From a virus (Duplodnaviria; Caudoviricetes), in IMG/VR virus record IMGVR_UViG_3300020045_000745, positions 1-30,965 of that record: 30,965 bases of DNA; one strand, written 5' to 3'. The notes beneath the pieces are model-generated. The model searched no databases. It saw nothing but the letters and a program-made list of their open reading frames with translations, and was not told where the DNA came from. The number at the start of each line of letters is the position of its first letter. Position 1 is the first letter of the stretch. Below are positions 1 through 8,307 of this stretch, piece by piece. The position numbers and the translations under genes are program-made.

Positions 1-16
1 ACTAAAACTAAATTAT

Positions 17-470
17 TTAGTATTGAATTACTTCAACAGAAGGCGGTAAGAAAAGATTCGATACCTCTAAAGTCAAAGAATACATTGATCCATTACTAGG
101 ATAACGTCTACGGTAGACTTTTTCAATTACAGCAAAACCATAAATATTAGAACTTAAAGCATCTTTAATGAAATGCTTGAATGGTTGATCCATATCGTTT
201 AAGCACTCATTGATGAACTTAGTTCTTTCTAGTTCTTCTGGTGTAGCATTAATTGGAGGAACTACTCGCCAATCTACTTTTGAAATTAAGTTTTCGTATA
301 AAGTCAAGCAAGCATTAATACTTGTATGATAAGACATTTGCTTATAGGTATTGATACTACTAGGCCAGTTTAATTCTTTTTTGATTTCATCGTAAGAGAC
401 ACCATTAAAGATATTTAAACCAGCATAGCCGATTTCTCCTGCAGCTTCTTTAGGTGGAGTTAAGTCTAGT
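17..470 (-). pseudogene. Fragment of a foreign phage portal protein (DUF935-like, myovirus type); no start codon, truncated
   Basis: The frame stays open upstream of the listed ORF start (337): GEIGYAGLNIFNGVSYDEIKKELNWPSSINTYKQMSYHTSINACL...FINECLNDM...YGFAVIEKVYRRR resembles N-termini of rV5/Felix O1-type portals as I recall them. The resemblance stops after GSMY (~80). AT-rich relative to the rest of the window. Confidence 0.65.
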
Positions 471-485
471 ACTGATGCAGGAACT

Positions 486-675
486 GATCTATTCGATGAT
501 GTGTCTAGTGCTCAAGCAGCCGCAGGACTTATTGAATATAGATGTGTATATGTCCATAACTCAAATGCTACGTTAACATACTTAGGCTCTAAAGTATTTA
601 TTCAAACTAATACACCTTCTGCTGACACTACTGTAGCAATTGGTTTAGGAACTTCTGGTTTAAATTCTACAGAAG
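486..675 (+). pseudogene. Fragment of an unrelated phage virion protein, fused in frame to the terminase
   Basis: LFDDVSSAQAAAGLIEYRCVYVHNSNATLT resembles a recurrent phage structural motif (LFDDV..A.A.AG..EYRC.Y..N). AT-rich like 1-470 and unlike terminase sequence. Confidence 0.5.
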
Positions 676-735
676 TTAGAAGAGCTAAAATGCTCTGTTT
701 TACTGAAGGGATAGGCAGACTTTTTGATAAACCTA

Positions 736-1541
736 TATTTAGATACCAGGCTCATAATGAAGACTTTTCTAAGATTCTTTGGCCTGTTAAATGGAATGAA
801 AAGAAGTTCCGAGAGATACGCAGTATGTTCGTGGCGCAGGGCAATCCTGAAGGTTATTATCAGGAATACCTTAATCGCCCTATTGACCCGTTTAACACGT
901 TCTTTAAAAAGTCTGACTTCATTGACTTTGACGAGAATGATTACACACGGCCTTGGGAATACGCTCCCACTTATCTTAGTCTGGATGGCGCATTTTCTAC
1001 CAAAGAACGACGAGATTGGTGTGCTCTCGGGGTGGCAAGTCTTGACGAAACCGGAATGCTCTACATACGCCAAGTTATACGAGAGCGAATGGACACCAAA
1101 GAGGTCGTGGATACCATTGTCCGACTTCAGGAACGATACAAGTTTACAGTCGTTTTGATGGGCAAAGGCGCATATGAAAAAGGAATCGGACCCTTCTTGC
1201 AAGACGAAATCCGCCGTCATAATAAGTTCCTGCATATTGAAGCCCTTCCCGAAACTATTGACAAAAGGCTTCGTGCAACTTCTATTCGAGGGCGAATGCG
1301 AGTCGGAGGAGTCAAGTTTGCAAAAAAGATGCACTGGTATCCGGACTTTGAACAAGAACTGTTAGAATTTGATCGCGGGAAACACGATGATCAAGTTGAT
1401 ATGATGTCACTTTTTGGGATGTATTTGGACAAACTTATGACAGCACCGACACAACGCCAGATTCAAGACATCGAATATGATGACGAATTCAAGGATTCCC
1501 TTAATTGGGATTTGGGTCGGTCTGAGATTGCGGGATATTAA
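736..1541 (+). CDS. terL: Terminase large subunit, C-terminal RNase H-like nuclease domain (5'-truncated)
   Basis: ILWP...YYQEYLNRP linker, LSLDGAFS...RDWCA first catalytic Asp, K..RA..I motif, F..GKHDDQVD terminal catalytic motif; directly upstream of the portal. The ATPase domain is absent. 5' boundary is approximate. Confidence 0.9.
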
Positions 1542-1544
1542 TCA

Positions 1545-3698
1545 ATGGCAACAAAAGAAGAGTTTGCTTCATACATAGCCAAAAAGAACCTAAGTGATGA
1601 CATCGACCCCGCATCTTTGGTGGAGATGGGCCGGAAAATCTGCACTTGGTTCGATGAGGATATTCAATCACGCAGAGACTGGGAAGATCGTTATAATGAC
1701 TATCTTAAACTGGCTGCTCAAGTTAAAGAAACCAAGACCTTTCCGTGGCCCAAAGCTGCAAATGTTAAGTTTCCTCTTCTTGCCACAGCAGCCCTTCAAT
1801 TCGCGGCAAGAGCTTATCCGGCACTGGTTCCTGGTCCTAATCTTGTCGCAGGACTTGTAATTGGCCAAGACACTACTGGAAATAAGGGGGAAATAGCAAA
1901 ACGTATTGGAAGACACATGAGTTACCAACTTATGTGTCAAATGAAGGATTGGGAAGAGGAGATGGATCGCCTCTGTTTTATCCTTCCAATCGCAGGTTGT
2001 CTATTTAAGAAAACCTTTTATGATCAAATGGAAGAACGAAATTGTTCTGAGCTTGTACTTCCTACGGAGCTTGTGGTCGATTACTATGCCAAGACTATTG
2101 AGACTGCTTCGAGAAAATCTCAAATTCTTTGGATGACCGAGAATGACCTGGTTGTTCGGGTCAATAAGGGATTGTTCAATGATTTGAAATATGGTGAAGC
2201 TCAAGGGTATAATCGGGTTCAAGATGCGAAAGATCAGATAGATGGAACCAAAGAGCCGTCCCGATCTCCTGCAACTCCCCATAAGATTATTGAATGCCAT
2301 TGTTCCTGGGACTTGGATGGAGACGGATATTCGGAACCCTATATTGTTACAGTCCACTATGACACAAAACAAGTCGCCCGTGTTATCGCACGCTTCGATG
2401 CAGAAGGTATTGAAACAATACAGGACAAAAATGGTAAAGAACGACTTGTCCGGATTAAACCAATCGAGTACTTCACCAAGTTTGGGTTTATACCTAATCC
2501 TGATGGTGGTATCTACGATGTTGGTTTTGGCCTTCTTCTAGGGGGAATCAATGAGGCAGTCAATGCTGTCACCAACATGCTCCTCGACGGGGGCACTGTC
2601 AACAATCTCCAAGCCGGGTTTTTGGGTCGTGGTATTCGAGTTCGCTCCGGAAATACCCGATTTATCCCCGGTGAGTGGAAACCTGTAGATTTTACCGGCG
2701 ATGATATCAAGAAGCATATTTTTCCCCTTCCTACGAAGGAACCGTCGGACGTTCTATTTAAACTGCTCGAAACCCTGGTCACCAGTGGAAAAGAACTTGC
2801 AAGTGTGGCCGAAATATTTGTCGGGAAGATGCCGGGCCAGAACACTCCCGCTACGACTACGATGGCTACGATCGAACAGGGCCTCAAGGTCTTTACGGCT
2901 ATATACAAACGTATTTACCGGGCACTGGGCAAAGAATACGAAAAACTCTTCCGGCTTAATGCCATCCACCTTCCGGATGAAGTTCTTTACTTTACGATTA
3001 ATGAGCCTGATGGGCCACAGTCGCAGGCCATTGTTAAGACGGACTACGACTTAAAGAACATCTCGGTTAAGCCAAATGCTGATCCGAACATCGTAAGTTC
3101 GGCGCAGAAGATGATGAAAGTGCAAAGTTATGGAGTACTTCTCCAACTTGGCACGATTAATCCGAAGGAATATTCCAAGCGGTTCTTGGAGGCCGTTGAG
3201 GCCGAGAATATAAGTGGGCTGATGGGCGCTGATCCACAACCAGGGCAACCACAAAACCAGAAACAGCCTTATCAAGCTCCACCTTCGCCAGATCAGCAGA
3301 AACTTCAAGCTGAGATGCAGATTAAGCAGGCCGAAGGACAGCAGAAAGCACAACTTGCCCAGCAACAAGCCCAATTGAAGGCATTTGAAGCGCAGTTGGA
3401 TGCCAAGTCCAAAGAACTGGATATGCGGATTAAAGTTGCAGAGGCACAGTTGGAAGAGCGCAAAGCACAGTTGGAAATGATGCATACGGCCCAACAAGCC
3501 AAGATTGATCAGCAAGTTTCTATGCAAGAACACAACCAGAACGTCGTCCATACGCAACAGGACCACGAACAGGGGCAACAACACAAACAACAAGAGCATC
3601 AGATGAAAATGCACACGGCCAAGCAAATGGCCGAAGCAAAGGCGGAAGCCGTTAAAAAGGTAGCCGCCGCTAAACCAAAACCTAAAGAGGGCAAATAA
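1545..3698 (+). CDS. Portal protein (podovirus type, long Q-rich coiled-coil C-terminus)
   Basis: 717 aa right after terminase; FPWP.A.NV..PLL, G..FKK..YD and TT.A.IEQ motifs; C-terminal Gln/Ala/Lys heptads as in a P22-type portal barrel. Confidence 0.9.
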   Translation: MATKEEFASYIAKKNLSDDIDPASLVEMGRKICTWFDEDIQSRRDWEDRYNDYLKLAAQVKETKTFPWPKAANVKFPLLATAALQFAARAYPALVPGPNLVAGLVIGQDTTGNKGEIAKRIGRHMSYQLMCQMKDWEEEMDRLCFILPIAGCLFKKTFYDQMEERNCSELVLPTELVVDYYAKTIETASRKSQILWMTENDLVVRVNKGLFNDLKYGEAQGYNRVQDAKDQIDGTKEPSRSPATPHKIIECHCSWDLDGDGYSEPYIVTVHYDTKQVARVIARFDAEGIETIQDKNGKERLVRIKPIEYFTKFGFIPNPDGGIYDVGFGLLLGGINEAVNAVTNMLLDGGTVNNLQAGFLGRGIRVRSGNTRFIPGEWKPVDFTGDDIKKHIFPLPTKEPSDVLFKLLETLVTSGKELASVAEIFVGKMPGQNTPATTTMATIEQGLKVFTAIYKRIYRALGKEYEKLFRLNAIHLPDEVLYFTINEPDGPQSQAIVKTDYDLKNISVKPNADPNIVSSAQKMMKVQSYGVLLQLGTINPKEYSKRFLEAVEAENISGLMGADPQPGQPQNQKQPYQAPPSPDQQKLQAEMQIKQAEGQQKAQLAQQQAQLKAFEAQLDAKSKELDMRIKVAEAQLEERKAQLEMMHTAQQAKIDQQVSMQEHNQNVVHTQQDHEQGQQHKQQEHQMKMHTAKQMAEAKAEAVKKVAAAKPKPKEGK

Positions 3699-3703
3699 TA
3701 GGT

Positions 3704-3997
3704 ATGCCGTTAATAGAGATCGACCCAGTTGATTATGAATCTTGGTTACAGTGGAAACAGAATCCAGTAACCAGACAAGCAGTAGCAGGACTGTTAAACA
3801 AGCGTAGTAACATTTCAGAGGACTTGTTGGAGGGTATTTGCGAAACCAATGACCAACGGATGGCCGCTATAGGGCGGTGCCAAGCTTTACGAGATGCAGT
3901 AATTTACTTGATCGAAGATTTCGATTATATAGAGAAAGAGGCAAAAGAAAATGCTGAAGGTATGCAAAACATGCCAGATGAGAAAGAGTCTAATTGA
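3704..3997 (+). CDS. Small hypothetical protein following the portal
   Basis: 97 aa helical protein with W..W...PVT motif; packed 5 nt after the portal stop. Confidence 0.75.
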   Translation: MPLIEIDPVDYESWLQWKQNPVTRQAVAGLLNKRSNISEDLLEGICETNDQRMAAIGRCQALRDAVIYLIEDFDYIEKEAKENAEGMQNMPDEKESN

Positions 3998-4487
3998 GTT
4001 CTATCGTGATTCCTCAACAAAAGATCATTTACAAGGAAGTTGTAAATGCTGCATTAAACAACGATCACAAATATGGCAAAAGAATCACCCTAAACACTAT
4101 AGTAAATGGTATTTAAAGCATCCTCAAGAGATAGCCGCAAATGGTAGGAAGTGGCGACAAGCCAATCCACAGAAAGATGCCAAACGTAAACAAGCATGGC
4201 GACAGGGTCATCTAGCCGCTTGCTCAGAGTATACAATGCGATATAAGGCAGCAAAAATACAGGCACTTCCCAAATGGAGGAATACTTTCTTTATTGATGA
4301 GGCATATCAACTTGCAAAACTACGAACACAAGTGTTTGGATTTCCTTGGGAGGTGGATCATATTGTGCCACTCCAAAATAGAAATGTATGTGGATTACAT
4401 GTTGAGTATAATCTACAAGTCATCCCAAGACGAGAGAATCAGAAGAAGGGAAATCGTAGTTGGCCGAATATGTGGAGTATTTTATGA
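3951..4487 (+). CDS. Free-standing HNH homing endonuclease with N-terminal Zn finger
   Basis: CKTC...CKCC zinc finger, basic W-periodic linker, WEVDHIVPLQNRNVCGLHVEYNLQVI...N..KGN HNH motif. Confidence 0.9.
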   Translation: MLKVCKTCQMRKSLIEFYRDSSTKDHLQGSCKCCIKQRSQIWQKNHPKHYSKWYLKHPQEIAANGRKWRQANPQKDAKRKQAWRQGHLAACSEYTMRYKAAKIQALPKWRNTFFIDEAYQLAKLRTQVFGFPWEVDHIVPLQNRNVCGLHVEYNLQVIPRRENQKKGNRSWPNMWSIL

Positions 4488-4795
4488 CATTACGTGCGAT
4501 AGCCTTCAGGATATTAGTTAAACCTGATCCTGTAGAAGAAGTAACCAAATCAGGAATTGTATTAGCCATTGACAAAATTCAACAACAAGGAGCCACAGTA
4601 ACAGGCACTATTGTTGATATTGGCCCGGATGCTTGGGCCGCATATAAAACGAAAGAACCCTTTGCAGGGCTTGTTCCTGGAGACCATGTGTATTTTGCCA
4701 AATACGCCGGTAAGTGGGTAACAGACTTTGAAACTGGCGAAGAATATTTGGCAATCAATGACGATGATGTAGTGTGCAGGTTCTCTGGTGTCTAA
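4484..4795 (+). CDS. groES: GroES/Cpn10-like co-chaperonin
   Basis: RILVKP, mobile loop EEVTKSGIVL, G.IV.IGP, GD.V.FAKYAG, EEYL.IND.DV. Likely start is the ATG at 4484 (ATGA overlap with the HNH stop, GGAG upstream), not 4460. Confidence 0.93.
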   Translation: MTLRAIAFRILVKPDPVEEVTKSGIVLAIDKIQQQGATVTGTIVDIGPDAWAAYKTKEPFAGLVPGDHVYFAKYAGKWVTDFETGEEYLAINDDDVVCRFSGV

Positions 4796-5132
4796 CATCA
4801 TAACCTCTTGGCGACCAAAACGCCGACAGGTAACTTATCAAGAACGGCCAGAAGGTATCCCTGAATGGGTGTATACCGAGGCCTTAACAGCCAAGAAGTT
4901 CTACAATGAGGAATGGGAGTTTTGGGTTTGGCAAGAATCTCTCACTCAGAATTGCAGTCAGGCCATAGCAGAGGATGCGTGTATCCGGGGTTTAAAGAAA
5001 GCCCTTGATCGTATCCAATACGTGTATGGACCTCAGATAGCAAAATGGTATATAGAATACCTCGATATGAAGGATATTTTCAGTAAAGTGAAACATCCCG
5101 AATATCAGCAAATAACTTTGGAGGGCATGTAA
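4788..5132 (+). CDS. Hypothetical protein
   Basis: 114 aa ORF filling the gap between groES and scaffold (GTG start overlaps the groES end); no recognisable motif. Confidence 0.6.
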   Translation: MSNIITSWRPKRRQVTYQERPEGIPEWVYTEALTAKKFYNEEWEFWVWQESLTQNCSQAIAEDACIRGLKKALDRIQYVYGPQIAKWYIEYLDMKDIFSKVKHPEYQQITLEGM

Positions 5133-5134
5133 TA

Positions 5135-6034
5135 ATGCCACTAGATGAGAATCAAGGAACACATGTTCCAGGAGAAGGGGAAGCAAGTTCCCTTAGTCCA
5201 CAGATAGTAGAGACTGCCAGACTTGAGAAGGCAAAAAAGAAAGGTTGGAAACCCCTTGAAGAGTTCGACGGCGATCCAGCAGATTGGGTAGACGCAAAGG
5301 AGTTTCTTGGACGTGAACCTTTATTTGAAGCTAACCGTGATCTGAAGAAACAACTCAAGCAACAACAAGTGCGTTTTGAGCAGGACATGAAAGTTATTTC
5401 CGCACAATTCGCTCAGATGAATGAACAAGCCTACAAACGTGCTCTGACTGAGTTGCAAGATCAACGTGATTTGGCAATCCACGAACAGGATATCGCCGCT
5501 GTTAAAGTGCTTGACACGAAGATTGATGAGACAAAACAAGCACACGTGAAAGCGGTGCAGACCACTCAGACTCATTCCCAAAGCGGGGAAACGGAGTATA
5601 TGAAAGAGTGGAGAAGCAATAATAGGTGGTTTGACGAAGACCCAACCCTCCAGGATGAAGCCGTTGCTATTGGTGTCGGCTATATGATGAAGAATCAAGG
5701 GACTTCCCAAGAAAAAATGTTGGAACACGTTGCGGACAGGATCAAGAAAATCTATCCCGAAAAGTTTCCGGCTAAAAAAAGTCAAAGGACTCAAGAAACC
5801 GTGGAAAACGACGAAACCATAATCAAAAAAGCAGATAATCAGGTAGAGAAAACATCTCCAAAATTGGGGATTAGCGGAAGCAAAACTAAGACACTTTCCG
5901 TTGCTGATCTGTCCGATGTCGAAAAACAAGTGATGAAGACGTTCATTAAACGTGGTGTTTTGAAAGATATTGCGGCAAAAAACAAACGAAGCGAGCAGGA
6001 AGAGTATCTTGCCCAACTGGCTGAACGCCGGTAA
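5135..6034 (+). CDS. Capsid scaffolding protein (putative)
   Basis: Charged coiled-coil 299 aa protein; A...GW.P.EEF.GD...WVDA.EF motif and W...N.WF; lies between portal and capsid genes; GGAGG RBS. Confidence 0.75.
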   Translation: MPLDENQGTHVPGEGEASSLSPQIVETARLEKAKKKGWKPLEEFDGDPADWVDAKEFLGREPLFEANRDLKKQLKQQQVRFEQDMKVISAQFAQMNEQAYKRALTELQDQRDLAIHEQDIAAVKVLDTKIDETKQAHVKAVQTTQTHSQSGETEYMKEWRSNNRWFDEDPTLQDEAVAIGVGYMMKNQGTSQEKMLEHVADRIKKIYPEKFPAKKSQRTQETVENDETIIKKADNQVEKTSPKLGISGSKTKTLSVADLSDVEKQVMKTFIKRGVLKDIAAKNKRSEQEEYLAQLAERR

Positions 6035-6053
6035 CTAGAGAGGAGCATATAAG

Positions 6054-6497
6054 ATGCCAAGAGTAAAGAAAACTGATGACGCCCGGCCAAGCACAATTAA
6101 TCGTTCAGGGCGTCCGAAACGTGTAGCAATCCATGGTTTGCGAGATAAACTGGTTGTTCATGGAGAAGAACCAGGTTGGCACTACTGCCTCGTCAATGAC
6201 GAGAATGTATCATTATATCAGGCTGCTGGATATGAACATGTTACACACGAAGTACAAATAGGAGATCGGCATATAGATGCTGCCCAGGATGTTGGGGGAA
6301 ATGTGTCCCTTCCGGTTGGAAACAACGTCACGGGTTATTTAATGAGATGCTTAGAGGAAGACTATAAAGAGGAAATGAAATTGGTGGATGATGAAACAAA
6401 CGCCAAAGAACAAGCTCTTTTTCAGTCTTTGAATAGCAAGGAAGATGGCAAATACGGCGAAGTCAGGGTCGAACAGTCGAAACCCCTAGGCCGATAA
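6054..6497 (+). CDS. Hypothetical head-region protein
   Basis: 147 aa, strong GAGGAG RBS; PG.HY..VND...GYE.V motif; between scaffold and capsid genes. Confidence 0.75.
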   Translation: MPRVKKTDDARPSTINRSGRPKRVAIHGLRDKLVVHGEEPGWHYCLVNDENVSLYQAAGYEHVTHEVQIGDRHIDAAQDVGGNVSLPVGNNVTGYLMRCLEEDYKEEMKLVDDETNAKEQALFQSLNSKEDGKYGEVRVEQSKPLGR

Positions 6498-6511
6498 ATC
6501 TAGAAACAAGA

Positions 6512-6577
6512 ATGCCAAGTAAACCTTCAGCTTGCACGAGAATAAGAATCAATCAATTGTTTTTAATTTTTGGAGGT
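6512..6577 (+). promoter_or_regulatory. Candidate translational control element: hairpin whose loop pairs with the Shine-Dalgarno site
   Basis: Stem CAAGT(6516-20)/GCTTG(6530-34); ACCTTCA (6523-29) in the loop is complementary (one G-U) to TGGAGGT (6571-77), the RBS of the next gene. Confidence 0.4.
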
Positions 6578-6584
6578 AATTCGT

Positions 6585-7235
6585 ATGGCTAATGTATCTC
6601 GTCCTTGGGGATTCCGGCCTGTCCGTCACCTGCAAGCTGCTGTTTGGAATGGCGCAACTGAGCTTTATGCTTTTAGTGCTTCTGATGCAACTGCGGCTTA
6701 TAAAGGTGATCCGGTCAAAATCGACTCCACGTATGATACGACTGCTTTGACTGATGTTCTGGCTCCCGTGATTCCTTTTATCACGCCAACTGGATCAACT
6801 ATCACAACGACTGTATTTCGTGGTGTGATTGCTGGTTTTGTCCCCCAACCCGAATACAACATGACTGCTACGGCGTCTCTTGGCACGATGTATCGCCTTG
6901 CGTCAACGGCACGTTATGCTTGGGTTGTGCATGATTACAATGTAATTTTTGAAGCGGAAGAAAGTGGTACGAACAGTTATGTTTCTGCTACCAACAATCC
7001 TGTTAATAAGTTGCTTGATATTACGGCTGCGGCAGGAAGTGCCACGACTGGTGTATCGGGATATACCTTGACTGGTGCGGCAGGTGGTGCAACTACTGAT
7101 AAACCTTTCCGCGTACTGCGTGCTTCGCAACGGATTGATAACTTCAATTCCACTGCGTCGGATACTTCTCCCTACTGGCATTGGGATGTCATGATCTGCA
7201 ATAGTGATCTGGCTACTCTCAAAATCGGTGTTTAA
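6585..7235 (+). CDS. Capsid decoration/cement protein (putative)
   Basis: MANVSRPWGFRPVR start with GGAGGT RBS; GD.V, G.TTG.S motifs; beta-rich; immediately upstream of the major capsid gene. ATG 6585 preferred over TTG 6570. Confidence 0.7.
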   Translation: MANVSRPWGFRPVRHLQAAVWNGATELYAFSASDATAAYKGDPVKIDSTYDTTALTDVLAPVIPFITPTGSTITTTVFRGVIAGFVPQPEYNMTATASLGTMYRLASTARYAWVVHDYNVIFEAEESGTNSYVSATNNPVNKLLDITAAAGSATTGVSGYTLTGAAGGATTDKPFRVLRASQRIDNFNSTASDTSPYWHWDVMICNSDLATLKIGV

Positions 7236-7253
7236 TTAGAAAGGACCTAGAAT

Positions 7254-8162
7254 ATGGCTATCAACACTGGTTCATTCAGTAAAGCACTCTGGCCTGGGGT
7301 AAACGCGTGGTATGGTAAAGAATACAGCGAGTTTAAGGTTGAGTGGACGGAACTGTTTGATCAATTCACAAGCCGTAAAGCGTTTGAAGAAGATGTTGGT
7401 GTCTCTAGTTTCGGTCTGGCACAGGTAAAACCTGAAGGTCAGGGCGTGGCGTACGACACTGAAATTCAAGCCTTCATCACCCGCTATACGCACATCGTCT
7501 ATGGCCTTGGGTTCATTGTAACTCAAGAAGCCTTTGATGATGATCTTTATGATGTAGTTGCGGAGAAACGTGCCAGAGGACTGGCGTTCTCGATGCGGCA
7601 AACGAAAGAAGTGGTTGGGGCGAATGTCTACAATCGTGCCTTCACGTCGGGTTATACCGGCGGCGACGGTTCGGTGATGATCGTCACTTCTCACGCAAAT
7701 GCCATTGGTGGAACTTGGTCTAATAAACTGAGCACTGCGGCGAATCTCTCGGAAGCTGCGTTGGAACAGGCGTGCATCGACATTGCGAAATACACGAATG
7801 ATCGTGGTTTGAAGATCAACGTGATTCCGCAAAAGTTGGTTATTCCTGTGGAACTCCAATTCACGGCGGATCGTATCCTGAAAAATACGGATCGTCCTGG
7901 AACGGCAAACCGCGACATTAACGCTTTGGTAAAACAAGGGCGTTTCCCTGGTGGTGTGGCAATGAATCACTACCTGACCTCGACGACCGCGTGGTTCATT
8001 CGCACGGACGTTAAGGATGGCATGAAGTATTTCAGTCGGAAAGACGACAGCTTTACGGAAGACAATGACTTCGACACTGAAAATGCGAAGTTCAAAGCCA
8101 CCTCCCGTTATAGCTTCGGTTGGACCGACCCTCGTGCCGTGTATGGTACACCGGGTGTGTAA
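7254..8162 (+). CDS. Major capsid protein (HK97 fold, Mu gpT-like family)
   Basis: 302 aa; S.KAFEE, K.EG..V.YD, LS...LE.A, P.KL.IP.EL, NHYLT...AWF, RYSFGW.DPR..YG.PG motifs; AAAGGA RBS; strong codon bias. Confidence 0.9.
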   Translation: MAINTGSFSKALWPGVNAWYGKEYSEFKVEWTELFDQFTSRKAFEEDVGVSSFGLAQVKPEGQGVAYDTEIQAFITRYTHIVYGLGFIVTQEAFDDDLYDVVAEKRARGLAFSMRQTKEVVGANVYNRAFTSGYTGGDGSVMIVTSHANAIGGTWSNKLSTAANLSEAALEQACIDIAKYTNDRGLKINVIPQKLVIPVELQFTADRILKNTDRPGTANRDINALVKQGRFPGGVAMNHYLTSTTAWFIRTDVKDGMKYFSRKDDSFTEDNDFDTENAKFKATSRYSFGWTDPRAVYGTPGV

Positions 8163-8171
8163 TTTGTAATT

Positions 8172-8301
8172 CAAGGGTTTGGGGGCAAGGAGTCTTTGCG
8201 ATCACCTCCCCCAAGACTTGCCTATTAATCCGTTCCTTCATGGCCAAGTAAATGGGGCTTGACTGCTGGGACTCCTTCCCGAGAAGAGAACAACAGGAGA
8301 T
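8172..8301 (+). ncRNA. Candidate structured RNA downstream of the major capsid gene (possibly Mu-gpT-DE-like)
   Basis: ~140 nt intergenic gap with several stems: TTGGGGG/CCCCCAA, CAAGT/GCTTG, GGGA/TCCC, GTTC/GAAC, and an alternative AAGGAGTC/GACTCCTT pairing. Position matches the described Mu-like gpT downstream element; no covariance test was run. Confidence 0.45.
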
Positions 8302-8307
8302 TTGATT

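Noticed and set aside
501-1541. 346-aa ORF as a novel virion protein-terminase fusion
   Set aside because: The N-terminal part lies in the compositionally foreign patchwork and the terminase ATPase is missing; better explained as a chimeric junction.
660-6096. Long antisense ORFs (660-1355, 3051-3626, 5321-6016 and others)
   Set aside because: L/F-rich mirror translations of K/E/Q-rich sense genes; they overlap well-supported CDSs.
6512-6592. 26-codon upstream ORF (MPSKPSACTR...) overlapping the decoration gene start
   Set aside because: No Shine-Dalgarno and no coding signal; the RNA-structure explanation fits better.
7272-8174. 300-aa antisense ORF mirroring the major capsid gene
   Set aside because: Codon-aligned shadow of a strongly biased gene; no RBS or protein-like motifs.
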